Part shown: positions 29,400 to 38,887 of the stretch, in pieces
Numbering within the stretch: position 1 is the stretch's first letter
How the letters are laid out: each line of letters starts with the position of its first letter
NCBI GenBank assembly: GCA_963741775.1
Contig: CAVUJH010000015.1
Location: 18,742 to 82,741, forward strand
Origin: an uncultured Flavobacteriaceae bacterium
Lineage (GTDB): Bacteria > Bacteroidota > Bacteroidia > Flavobacteriales > Flavobacteriaceae
DNA: 64,000 nt
Direction of reading: 5' to 3'
Translations under genes and position numbers: made by a program
The notes under the pieces: model-generated
Told to the model about the DNA's origin: nothing
Databases searched by the model: none
What the model saw: the letters and a program-made list of their open reading frames with translations, nothing else

Positions 29400-31103
29400 T
29401 TAAAATCCAGCTGCAGTATCATCTCCCCTCCTGTCGGCACCTCCTTCCATCCTGCCATTAGGAAGCATGAGAATAGCATCAACTTTTCCAATCACAGTAG
29501 ATTCTCCCACATTGATATTATAGCCTTTTCCCTGGAGGGAATTGAGCAGTTCCACATCAAAACCCTGAGGTTCGAACAAGATCTCATCGGGCAACCACTG
29601 GTGATGAAATCGTGGTGCATCCACCGCTTGCTGCATGCTCATATCAAATTCCCGTACGTTCAGGATCGTTTGCAAAACCGAAGTAATAATGGTAGATCCA
29701 CCGGGGGAGCCCAGCACCATCCATAGTTTCCCATTTTTTTCTACAATTGTTGGAGTCATGGAACTCAGCATTTTTTTTCCGGGAGCTATGGAATTGGCCT
29801 CGGCCCCGATAAGGCCAAACATATTCGGGACACCGGGTTTTGCACTAAAATCATCCATTTCGTCATTCAGGAAAAAACCGAGTTCCCCCACATAAAGTTT
29901 TGAACCATACGCCCCGTTAAGGGTGGTGGTGGCCGCCACAGCGTTACCGTATTGATCTACGATGGAATAGTGCGTGGTTTCCATGCTTTCATAGCCGGGG
30001 ATTTTTCCGTGATCTATTTCTGAAGAAGGTGTAGCTTCAGCAAAGCTGAAATTGTCCATCCTGTGCCTGAGGTATGAATCGCTGAGCAAAGTATCTACCG
30101 GAATATCGACAAAATCGGGGTCACCAAGATAGAAACTCCGGTCGGCATAGGCCCTCCTCTCGGCTTCGGTGAGAACCTGGATCATTTTTTCGGAATTATG
30201 TCCATATTCTTTCAGCGGAAAAGGCTCCGCCATTTTCAGAATCTGGCCAAGAACAATTCCGCCACTGGAAGGAGGCGGCATAGAGATCACTTCCAGATCT
30301 TTATAGTTTACAGTAACGGGATTTCTCCATTTAGCGCGATAGGCTTTCAGGTCTTCCATAGTCATAATGCCTCCATGCGCCTGCAGGTAACCGATCATTT
30401 TCTGCCCAATCGGGCCGCCATAATATTCTTCTTTACCATTTTCCGCCAATCTTGCCAAAGTATTTGCCAGGGCCAGATTGCGAATAGTGTCGCCAGCCAT
30501 ATACTGCTTTGAGAACAGGATGCTGTCGTTATTTACTTTAAGAAAAAGTTCCCGGTATTTCTGAAGATTTTCCGCCTGATGCTTGGTCACTACAAACCCT
30601 TTTCTGGCCAGGGCAATCACCGGTTTCAGGATCTCCTCCATGGGCATGGAACCAAATTTCTCGTGCACTGCAAAAATCCCGGCAACGGTTCCCGGCACGC
30701 CCACTGCCATGCCGCCAATCTTGCTCTTTTCGGGCATCACGTTCCCTTCCTCATCCTGATACATCTTTTTGGAAGCGGCCAAAGGTGCTTTTTCGCGATA
30801 ATCCAGAGAGCCGGTGGTTCCGTCGGCTTTGCGGTACACCATAAAGCCCCCGCCGCCTAAATTTCCTGCAAAAGGATAAGCCACGGCAAGCGCCATTTCT
30901 GTTCCGATCATAGCATCAAAGGCATTTCCTCCTTTTTTGAGAATCGATAGGCCAATGGCCGAAGCCTCTTTTCTTGCAGAGACCACCATGGCTTTGTCGG
31001 TAATGAGTCCTCTTTTTTCTACGGAAGGAACCGAAGTAGTTTTTACGTCGGTTTTACAGGAAACAGCGAAAATCAGAAGGATAAGAAGGAGTAGATTTTT
31101 CAT
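29400..31103 (-). CDS. ggt: Gamma-glutamyltransferase (lipoprotein)
   Basis: GGNAFDA, DYRE.AP, ETTHYS, DEMDDFS, LSSMTP, GSPGG. Confidence 0.96.
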   Translation of the reverse strand: MKNLLLLILLIFAVSCKTDVKTTSVPSVEKRGLITDKAMVVSARKEASAIGLSILKKGGNAFDAMIGTEMALAVAYPFAGNLGGGGFMVYRKADGTTGSLDYREKAPLAASKKMYQDEEGNVMPEKSKIGGMAVGVPGTVAGIFAVHEKFGSMPMEEILKPVIALARKGFVVTKHQAENLQKYRELFLKVNNDSILFSKQYMAGDTIRNLALANTLARLAENGKEEYYGGPIGQKMIGYLQAHGGIMTMEDLKAYRAKWRNPVTVNYKDLEVISMPPPSSGGIVLGQILKMAEPFPLKEYGHNSEKMIQVLTEAERRAYADRSFYLGDPDFVDIPVDTLLSDSYLRHRMDNFSFAEATPSSEIDHGKIPGYESMETTHYSIVDQYGNAVAATTTLNGAYGSKLYVGELGFFLNDEMDDFSAKPGVPNMFGLIGAEANSIAPGKKMLSSMTPTIVEKNGKLWMVLGSPGGSTIITSVLQTILNVREFDMSMQQAVDAPRFHHQWLPDEILFEPQGFDVELLNSLQGKGYNINVGESTVIGKVDAILMLPNGRMEGGADRRGDDTAAGF

Positions 31104-31200
31104 AAGTTTAAGGAAAAGAACAGATTGTTAAATTATATTTGTTGCAGGCCTATTAAACACTGAAAATAGAACATAATTCTTGAACTAAAAAATCCTGCAA

Positions 31201-32445
31201 ATGATTAATAAAACTGAGCTTATAGATAGATTTATCAGCTATGTAACCATAGACACTCAGAGCGATCCCGAAAGCAACAATACCCCCAGCACCGAAAAAC
31301 AATGGGACCTGGCAAAAAAACTTTCCGAAGAACTTAAGGAAATGGGAATGACCAATGTGAGCATTGACGACAATGCCTATGTAATGGCGCACCTGCCTTC
31401 CAATGTTTCACACAAGGTACCGGTCATAGGTTTTGTTTCTCATTTTGACACCTCGCCCGATTTTAGCGGCACGAATGTAAAGCCTCAGCTGGTTGAGAAT
31501 TATGACGGAAAAGATATCCTGCTCAACAAAGAAAAAAATATCGTTCTTTCTCCCGACTATTTTGAAGACCTGCTTCAATACAAGGGCCAGACTCTTATCA
31601 CTACCGATGGAACCACGCTTTTAGGCGCCGATGATAAAGCCGGGATCACAGAGATCATGACGGCGGTAAAATACCTGATCGATCATCCGGAAATTAAGCA
31701 TGGAGAGATCAGGGTATGTTTCACTCCCGACGAAGAGATTGGGCGTGGGGCGCATAAGTTTGATGTGAAAAAATTCGGAGCCGAATGGGCCTACACCCTG
31801 GACGGAAGTCAGATTGGCGAACTGGAATTTGAAAATTTCAATGCGGCTCAGGCTGTGGTGACGGTACACGGAAAAAGTGTGCATCCCGGCTACGCCAAAG
31901 ACAAGATGATCAACAGCATCTATATTGCTCAGGATTTCATTAATTCGCTGCCCCGCCTGGAAACCCCCGAACATACCGAAGGGCGCCAGGGATTTTTCCA
32001 TTTGAGCAACATCAAAGGGAATGTAGAAGAGACCAAACTCGAATATATCATCCGGGATCATGACCGCAAGCACTTCGAGGCGCGTAAGGAAATGATGCAG
32101 GACCTGGCCCAGGAGATCAGTGATCAATACCATAGCAATTGTATTTCGCTCGAGATCAAAGATCAGTATTTCAACATGAGAGAAAAGGTAGAACCTGTTT
32201 TTCACATCGTGGATCTTGCCGAGGAAGCTATGAAAGAAGTTGGCGTAAAGCCTCTCATTAAACCCATTAGAGGCGGAACAGACGGCTCTCAGCTGAGTTA
32301 CATGGGTCTTCCCTGCCCTAACATCTTCGCCGGGGGTCATAATTTCCACGGAAAATATGAATATGTGCCGGTGGAAAGTATGCAGAAGGCAACAGAGGTG
32401 ATCGTAAAGATCGCTGAGCTCACTGCTAAGAAGAATTACAATTAA
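31201..32445 (+). CDS. pepT: Peptidase T
   Basis: [28 protein letters not shown]. Confidence 0.96.
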   Translation: MINKTELIDRFISYVTIDTQSDPESNNTPSTEKQWDLAKKLSEELKEMGMTNVSIDDNAYVMAHLPSNVSHKVPVIGFVSHFDTSPDFSGTNVKPQLVENYDGKDILLNKEKNIVLSPDYFEDLLQYKGQTLITTDGTTLLGADDKAGITEIMTAVKYLIDHPEIKHGEIRVCFTPDEEIGRGAHKFDVKKFGAEWAYTLDGSQIGELEFENFNAAQAVVTVHGKSVHPGYAKDKMINSIYIAQDFINSLPRLETPEHTEGRQGFFHLSNIKGNVEETKLEYIIRDHDRKHFEARKEMMQDLAQEISDQYHSNCISLEIKDQYFNMREKVEPVFHIVDLAEEAMKEVGVKPLIKPIRGGTDGSQLSYMGLPCPNIFAGGHNFHGKYEYVPVESMQKATEVIVKIAELTAKKNYN

Positions 32446-32450
32446 ATTTT

Positions 32451-32483
32451 AAGCCTCACAGGTTTTAGAAACCCGTGAGGCTT
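32451..32483. repeat. REP-like palindrome, AAACCTCACAGG family
   Basis: AAGCCTCACAGGTTTTAGAAACCCGTGAGGCTT; related copy at 56919. Confidence 0.65.
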
Positions 32484-32499
32484 CTTACCTCTTTTTCCT

Positions 32500-33087
32500 A
32501 TGGCCGTAGAGAACGCTGAAGAATATATCGCCAAACACCAGGAGTGGGACGAAGAACTTAACACTCTCAGGGAGATGCTGCTTTCTACCGAACTTAGGGA
32601 AAGTATCAAATGGGGTGCTCCCGCCTACACCATCAACAACAAAAACGTGGTTGGCCTCGGCGCCTTCAAAAACCACTGCGGACTCTGGTTTTTCAACGGC
32701 GCTTTACTGAAGGAGAATACCGCTTTGCTTCAGAATGCCCAGGAAAAGACCAAAGCCCTGCGGCAAATCAGGTTTGAGAAAGGAGAGGTCATTGATTGCG
32801 GCATCCTGAGAAAATATGTGCTGGAGGCCATTCAAAACCAGAAAGAGGGAAAAGAAATAAAGCCGGAAACCAACAAAGAAGTGATCATTCCGCCAGAACT
32901 TGAGCAGGCTCTTGAAAAAGAGGAACTAAAAACCAGCTTTGAAACACTCACTCCCGGCAGGCAGCGGGAATATGCCGAATACATTTCCGAAGCAAAAAGA
33001 GAGGCTACGAAACAAAAAAGGCTGGAGAAGATTAAACCCATGATCAGGGAAGGGAAAGGTCTGCACGATAAGTACAAGAACTGTTAA
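32500..33087 (+). CDS. YdeI/OmpD-associated family protein (DUF1801)
   Basis: E.IKWGAP.Y, LWFFNGALL, LTPGRQREY..YI..AK. Confidence 0.88.
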   Translation: MAVENAEEYIAKHQEWDEELNTLREMLLSTELRESIKWGAPAYTINNKNVVGLGAFKNHCGLWFFNGALLKENTALLQNAQEKTKALRQIRFEKGEVIDCGILRKYVLEAIQNQKEGKEIKPETNKEVIIPPELEQALEKEELKTSFETLTPGRQREYAEYISEAKREATKQKRLEKIKPMIREGKGLHDKYKNC

Positions 33088-33114
33088 TGCTTCAATCCAA
33101 AATTGGGCAAAAAT

Positions 33115-33149
33115 AAAGAGCCTTTCAGCAAAAACTGAAAGGCTCTTTT
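33115..33149. terminator. Bidirectional intrinsic terminator
   Basis: AAAGAGCCTTTCAG..CTGAAAGGCTCTTTT. Confidence 0.8.
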
Positions 33150-33168
33150 ATTTATCAAGTAACTTTAT

Positions 33169-33462
33169 TTACTTACTTTCTTTTACAGGCTCATTGAGTT
33201 TTTTACTCATTTCCATTGAAATGGAAGATCTGTCGAAGGTAATTTTACCTGCTCCGGTCTCAATGATCACTGCGTTGTTTTTTTCGCTAAAGTCAAAGAT
33301 CTTTCCGTGCATGCCACTTTTAGTGACCACACGATCTCCTTTTTTGAGTTCAGAAACAAAGCTCTTTTCTTCTTTAGCTTTTTTCATTTGCGGGCGTATC
33401 ATAAAGAAATACACCACTACAAACATTAAAATAATTGGGGCAAACTGTGCTAATTTATCCAT
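33169..33462 (-). CDS. yajC: Preprotein translocase subunit YajC
   Basis: YFFMIRPQ, LKKGDRVVT..GMHG. Confidence 0.95.
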   Translation of the reverse strand: MDKLAQFAPIILMFVVVYFFMIRPQMKKAKEEKSFVSELKKGDRVVTKSGMHGKIFDFSEKNNAVIIETGAGKITFDRSSISMEMSKKLNEPVKESK

Positions 33463-33473
33463 TTATAAGTCTT

Positions 33474-33935
33474 CTAGCTCGCTTTTTCGCTGGTTTCCAC
33501 GAAAGCTTTTATTTTTAATTGTTCTTTTCCTTTTTCGGTATTAGCAGACACAGTCACCGTTTTTGTTACCTGTCCTTTTCCTGATCCGTTGAACTTAACG
33601 GTCAATTCTCCTTTGTCTCCAGGCTGAATTGTTTCGTTTTTAGGATAAGTTGGAACAGTACAACCACATGAACTGCTGGCGTTGGTAATTACCAATGGCG
33701 CTTTCCCTGTGTTGGTAAAAGCGAATACATGCTGTACCGGATTTCCCTGAGGAATATGACCAAAATCGAATTCGGTTTCATCAAAGGTCATCTCGGGATA
33801 CACAGTAGCCTGAGCGTCACGCTCATTTGCTGCTTCCACGTTTTCAGCTTTTACTTTTTCAGAGGCATTGTTGTCTTTACAAGAAGTAAAGAACAGCGCC
33901 CCAACTGCCGCTACTAATAAAATTCCTTTTTTCAT
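33474..33935 (-). CDS. DUF1573 Ig-like lipoprotein
   Basis: FDFG.I, FTNTG..PL.I, SSCGCT. Confidence 0.9.
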   Translation of the reverse strand: MKKGILLVAAVGALFFTSCKDNNASEKVKAENVEAANERDAQATVYPEMTFDETEFDFGHIPQGNPVQHVFAFTNTGKAPLVITNASSSCGCTVPTYPKNETIQPGDKGELTVKFNGSGKGQVTKTVTVSANTEKGKEQLKIKAFVETSEKAS

Positions 33936-33986
33936 GGTTACTTTAATTTAAATATTTTGATCGTTAAAATTAATAAATTTTCTTTA

Positions 33987-34931
33987 CTACATCAGGCCGC
34001 GACCCATTTTATTTAATTTGTTCTCAGCCATATACTCCTTAGATAGCTTATCGAGCACCCCATTTATAAAAATACTGCTCTTTGGCGTACTGTATTCTTT
34101 CGCCAGCTCCAGATATTCATTAATGGTCACTTTCACGGGAATCGAAGGGAACTTCAGGAATTCACAAATAGCCATTTTAATAAGCACCATGTCTACTTCA
34201 GCAATTCGATCTTTATCCCAGTTTGGCGTTTTACCAAGCATTTCATCGGCCAGCATCTCATCGTTCAGATAGGTTTTTCTGAAGAGCTCAATAGCGAACT
34301 CCCTATCTTCCTCGCTCTTATAAAGCTTGGCGATCTTCAGCTTTTCTGCGGAATTTTCCTTTAGTTTCTGAAGCATCTTCAGAATGGCGGTGTTCACCAG
34401 CGGCAGGTCGTCGAGCCAGGTGAGCTTTTTATCTTCCAGGTATTCATACAGCTTCTCGTTGGGAGCTACGATTTCCTTGAAGACACTGATAATGAATTTT
34501 CTGTCTTCCTTAAAGCCCGATTCGCGGGTTTGCATATATTCCGCGTAAAGCTCGCTTTTTTTGATCTCTGCCCAAAGGATATCTACATACTCATCATCCT
34601 GTTTCCATTGGGTGATCTTGCGATCTTCCAGTGCTTCCTGAAGGCTCTCGTTCTCATTGAGGATAGCGATAATGCTGTTGTCGATAAATTTCCGGTTAGG
34701 ATCCTTATCTTCCTGGGTGGCAAGATGTTTTTGCTGGGATTTTTCTAAAAATGTTTCGGCTTTCTGCCTAATTTCAATAAACAGGCTCAACTGCAGCAGG
34801 AACAGATCATACATTTCTTCCATACTTTTAAGGAGAAATTTCTCCTCGGTGGCCAGCTTCTCATTCTCGCTCTGGTTGAAGGCGTAGAGCGATTGCATTA
34901 CTTTAACTCTGATATGTCTGCGTGTCAGCAT
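33987..34931 (-). CDS. nusB: Transcription antitermination factor NusB
   Basis: RRHIRVKVMQSLY; VTINEYLELAKEYS..KS..FINGVLD. Confidence 0.95.
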   Translation of the reverse strand: MLTRRHIRVKVMQSLYAFNQSENEKLATEEKFLLKSMEEMYDLFLLQLSLFIEIRQKAETFLEKSQQKHLATQEDKDPNRKFIDNSIIAILNENESLQEALEDRKITQWKQDDEYVDILWAEIKKSELYAEYMQTRESGFKEDRKFIISVFKEIVAPNEKLYEYLEDKKLTWLDDLPLVNTAILKMLQKLKENSAEKLKIAKLYKSEEDREFAIELFRKTYLNDEMLADEMLGKTPNWDKDRIAEVDMVLIKMAICEFLKFPSIPVKVTINEYLELAKEYSTPKSSIFINGVLDKLSKEYMAENKLNKMGRGLM

Positions 34932-34934
34932 AAT

Positions 34935-34986
34935 TGTAAAAGAACTTTTTAGAAATTTAAAGGGCGAAAGATTGCTCTTTCGCCCT
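34935..34986 (-). promoter_or_regulatory. nusB leader: GNRA-capped hairpin followed by a boxA-like sequence
   Basis: Minus strand reads AGGGCGAAAGA-GCAA-TCTTTCGCCCT ... GTTCTTTTACA-ATT-ATG. Confidence 0.55.
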
Positions 34987-35013
34987 GCAAAAATAAATAT
35001 TATTTAAAACTGA

Positions 35014-36117
35014 CTACTTCAAATTCTGTTTTTTTCTGTCTTCGATGCGCTGTTGTGCGACCTGAAGAGCGGCAAAATGCGTGGTAATGTCGTTCCTGTC
35101 GGCGTTTTGCAGAATTTCAAGCGTGGTATTATAAATATTCGCTGTCTTTTTCATGATCTCCTCACGACCGTAGTTTTCAAGCTCGGCGTATACATTGATG
35201 ATTCCTCCTGCGTTGATAAGGAAATCGGGAGCATAAACGATTCCTTTCTCCTTAAGGATCTTGCCATGCTTCACCTCATCGGCCAGCTGGTTGTTTGCAG
35301 CCCCTGCAATCACTTGCGCTTTGAGCCGGGAGATCGTATCATCATTTACCGTCGCACCAAGAGCACAAGGCGCATAAATATCTACGTTTGCGCTGTAAAC
35401 ATCGGCATCTTCAAAGACCACAGCCCCATATTTTGAGCTTACCTGTTCAAGACGCTCCTTGTTGATATCGCTTATGAGAACTTTGGCTCCTTCTTTTGAA
35501 AGATATTCCACAAGACTTTCTCCAACGTGACCTATGCCCTGCACCAAAACGGCTTTCCCATCAAGATTATCGTTTCCAAATTTGTGCTTTGCAGCGGCCT
35601 TCATTCCCATATAGACTCCATAAGCCGTAACAGGGGAAGGGTTTCCTGCCCCTCCTTTAGATTCTGAAATTCCAGTCACATAAGGAGTTACTTCTCTTAC
35701 GGTATCCATATCGGCAGTTTCCATTCCCACATCTTCCGCAGTAATATATTTTCCGCCCAGCGAATTCACAAATTCCCCAAAACGTCTCATCAATTCAGGA
35801 GTCTTCTGAGTTTTCGCATCTCCAATGATCACGGCTTTCCCACCTCCAAGGTTAAGACCGGTCACGGCGCTTTTAAAAGTCATCCCACGGGAAAGGCGTA
35901 ATACATCATTCAAAGCCTCCCATTCACTGCTGTAATTCCACATTCTGGTGCCTCCCAGAGCCGGTCCCAAAACCGTGTTGTGGATTCCGATTATTGCTTT
36001 TAAACCTGTATCTTTGTCATTACAAAAAACTACTTGTTCATGATTGTCAAAAGACAACTGTCCAAAGACCGGTGCAGCTTTCTTAAGTTCTTTCGCGTTT
36101 AGAACATCAACTTGCAT
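35014..36117 (-). CDS. Leu/Phe/Val (amino acid) dehydrogenase
   Basis: GPALGGTR, GGGKAVI, AEDVG, GIGHVG, GAANNQL, NAGG. Confidence 0.92.
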   Translation of the reverse strand: MQVDVLNAKELKKAAPVFGQLSFDNHEQVVFCNDKDTGLKAIIGIHNTVLGPALGGTRMWNYSSEWEALNDVLRLSRGMTFKSAVTGLNLGGGKAVIIGDAKTQKTPELMRRFGEFVNSLGGKYITAEDVGMETADMDTVREVTPYVTGISESKGGAGNPSPVTAYGVYMGMKAAAKHKFGNDNLDGKAVLVQGIGHVGESLVEYLSKEGAKVLISDINKERLEQVSSKYGAVVFEDADVYSANVDIYAPCALGATVNDDTISRLKAQVIAGAANNQLADEVKHGKILKEKGIVYAPDFLINAGGIINVYAELENYGREEIMKKTANIYNTTLEILQNADRNDITTHFAALQVAQQRIEDRKKQNLK

Positions 36118-36251
36118 AACTGGTTATGGTTTTTAAGTTTAAGATTTTCCACTATTAAGAAAATCATAGAACAAAAATAACTAATATTTTAATCTACAAC
36201 GTTTTTTCCGGCACAAAATTGCGGAATTCTCAATATCACGAACTTTTCTGA

Positions 36252-38009
36252 ATGAAACATCTTAAGCATCTCAATAAATATTTCTTGAAATACAAATGGA
36301 AACTAATCCTGGGGCTCATCATCACTATTGCAGCCAGGGTTTTCGCCTTGTATTACGTGCAATTGGTAGGAAACTCTACCAGTGCGATCGAGGAATATAT
36401 TAAAGGAGAGATCCAGAGTATTGACGCGGTTCACACGCGGCTGGCCTATAACATCCTGCTTATTATAGGAGCTACATTGATTGCCGCTATCCTCACTTTT
36501 TTCATGCGGCAGACCTTCATTGTAGTTTCCCGACATATTGAATACGACCTTAAAAATGAGGTATATCGGCATTACCAGGACTTATCCCTCAACTTCTACA
36601 AAAAGAACAGAACGGGAGACCTGATGAACCGCATCAGCGAAGATGTGACTAAGGTACGAATGTACCTGGGGCCGGCTATTATGTACAGCGTACAAACAGT
36701 AACTTCAACCGTGGTAGTGCTTATTTTTATGCTGAAATCGGCTCCTGAACTTACTGCGTATACCGTCATTCCGCTGCCGGTGCTCTCCTTTGCCATCTAT
36801 AAGCTAAGTGTGGCTATTCAGAAGCGCAGCACCGTTGTGCAGCAATATTTGTCAAAACTGAATACTTTTACTCAGGAAAGCTTCAGCGGGATCGCCGTGA
36901 TCAAATCCTACGGAATTGAAGAGCAGACCAATCACAATTTCACTGAACTTTCCAACGGAAGCCGCGACAAGAACATCGATCTTGTAAAGGTGCAGGCTTT
37001 CTTTTTCCCGCTGATGGTCCTGCTCATCGGGATCAGCAATATCCTGGTGATCTATATAGGCGGACGGCAATACATCGACGGACAAATCGACAACCTTGGA
37101 GTAATCGTAGAGTTCCTGTTGTATGTAAACATGCTTACCTGGCCCGTGGCTTCCATCGGCTGGGTGACTTCCCTTGTAAAACAAGCCGAAGCCTCACAGG
37201 AACGAATCAACGAATTCCTGAAAGAGGAACCCGAAATCACTAATCTTAAAGAAACTCCTGATTCAATTAAAGGGAAGATCAATTTTAAGAATGTGAGCTT
37301 TACCTATGACGATACCAATATCACCGCACTCCGGGATGTGTCTTTTGAAGTGAACAGCGGGGAGACCCTGGCCATCATCGGGAAAACCGGTTCTGGCAAA
37401 TCGACCATTTTAGAATTGATCGGCCGGCTTTACGATATTGACCGTGGCGAAATACTCATTGATGGCAGGAATATCAGGGAACTCAACCTTGAAAGCTTGC
37501 GCAAGAGCATCGGCTATGTTCCGCAGGACGCCTTCCTCTTCAGCGACTCCATAAGGAACAACATAAAATTTGGCAAAACCGAAGCTACCGATGAGGAAAT
37601 CTACGAAGCAGCCAGGAATGCTTCGGTCCACAAAAATATCGTCGGCTTCAGCAAAGGCTATGACACCGTACTGGGAGAAAGGGGAATCACCCTTTCCGGA
37701 GGACAAAAGCAACGGGTATCTATCGCCCGGGCCATAATTCACGACCCTCAGATCCTGCTCTTTGACGATTGCCTTTCCGCAGTAGATACCGAAACTGAAG
37801 AAGAAATCCTGAGCAACCTCTTCAAGATTTCCAAAGAAAAAACCACCATCCTTGTGAGCCACCGCATCTCTTCAGCCAAGAATGCCGATAAGATCCTCAT
37901 TCTCGAAGACGGTGCTATCGTCCAGCAGGGCACGCACAGCCAATTACTCAACCAGGAAGGTTACTACAAGGAACTCTACGCAAAACAGTTAAACGAAAAA
38001 GAAATGTGA
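36252..38009 (+). CDS. ABC exporter, fused TMD-NBD (MdlA-like)
   Basis: GKTGSGKS, LSGGQKQR, LFDD. Confidence 0.93.
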   Translation: MKHLKHLNKYFLKYKWKLILGLIITIAARVFALYYVQLVGNSTSAIEEYIKGEIQSIDAVHTRLAYNILLIIGATLIAAILTFFMRQTFIVVSRHIEYDLKNEVYRHYQDLSLNFYKKNRTGDLMNRISEDVTKVRMYLGPAIMYSVQTVTSTVVVLIFMLKSAPELTAYTVIPLPVLSFAIYKLSVAIQKRSTVVQQYLSKLNTFTQESFSGIAVIKSYGIEEQTNHNFTELSNGSRDKNIDLVKVQAFFFPLMVLLIGISNILVIYIGGRQYIDGQIDNLGVIVEFLLYVNMLTWPVASIGWVTSLVKQAEASQERINEFLKEEPEITNLKETPDSIKGKINFKNVSFTYDDTNITALRDVSFEVNSGETLAIIGKTGSGKSTILELIGRLYDIDRGEILIDGRNIRELNLESLRKSIGYVPQDAFLFSDSIRNNIKFGKTEATDEEIYEAARNASVHKNIVGFSKGYDTVLGERGITLSGGQKQRVSIARAIIHDPQILLFDDCLSAVDTETEEEILSNLFKISKEKTTILVSHRISSAKNADKILILEDGAIVQQGTHSQLLNQEGYYKELYAKQLNEKEM

Positions 38010-38081
38010 AAATTTTTTGCAAAATGTTAAAAATTTTTGGATTTTTGAATACAACAAAAACAACCTATTAAAGAATCTATT

Positions 38082-38465
38082 ATGAGCGAAAAGGGAATGA
38101 TGGAGAAAGAAGAAATATTCTCTAAAGTGTTAAGAGCCGGAAGAAGAACCTATTTCTTCGACGTGAGAGCAACCCGTGCAGATGATTACTACCTCACCAT
38201 TACCGAAAGCAAAAAGTTCACCAATGATGATGGTTCTTTTTACTACAAAAAGCACAAGATTTACCTTTACAAAGAAGATTTTGCCGGTTTCAATGAGATC
38301 CTTCAGGAAATGACCGACTATATTCTTGAGGAAAAAGGCGAGGAAGTGATAAGCGAGCGCCACCAGAAAAACTTCAGCAAGCAATTTGAAGAGGTAGGCA
38401 GCGAAGCTTCTGACGGAGCTCCTTCTCCCGAAAAATTTACCGATGTAAGTTTTGACGATATTTAA
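38082..38465 (+). CDS. PUR-family DNA/RNA-binding protein (DUF3276)
   Basis: AGRRTYFFDV, YLTITESKK, KHKIYLYKEDF. Confidence 0.9.
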   Translation: MSEKGMMEKEEIFSKVLRAGRRTYFFDVRATRADDYYLTITESKKFTNDDGSFYYKKHKIYLYKEDFAGFNEILQEMTDYILEEKGEEVISERHQKNFSKQFEEVGSEASDGAPSPEKFTDVSFDDI

Positions 38466-38487
38466 GATAAGGTAAAGACAAGACAAC

Positions 38488-38520
38488 AAAACCGTTCCCA
38501 TTTAAGGAGCGGTTTTTTTT
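38488..38520 (+). terminator. Intrinsic terminator
   Basis: AAAACCGTTCC..GGAGCGGTTTTTTTT. Confidence 0.8.
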
Positions 38521-38887
38521 GCTCAAAATGTGCAAAAAATCACCTCCTTATGAGATGATTTTAAGAGAGCTGCTGCTTTTTGAAAATAAAAGCTGTTAAA
38601 GCCATGAAAATACAGGAAAAGAAAGACTCAACCCTGCTTAAAGTAGGGCGGAAAAAAAGTTTTATCCAATTTTCCTTTATCTTTGTGCTCTTTATGAAAT
38701 CATGATGTCTTTGCCTGACCTTCCAGCTTTTACCGGACTTCCCTGCTTCAGCAATAATAAAGAAAGTGCCGGAACCAATGGGAAGCTGAGCTACTGTTTT
38801 GGAATCACATTTATGATGGAAAGTTTTATCACAATTTTGTTTCAAGTGCCCGCTAACTTTTGGGGGCAAAATATTTAAATTGTTATA

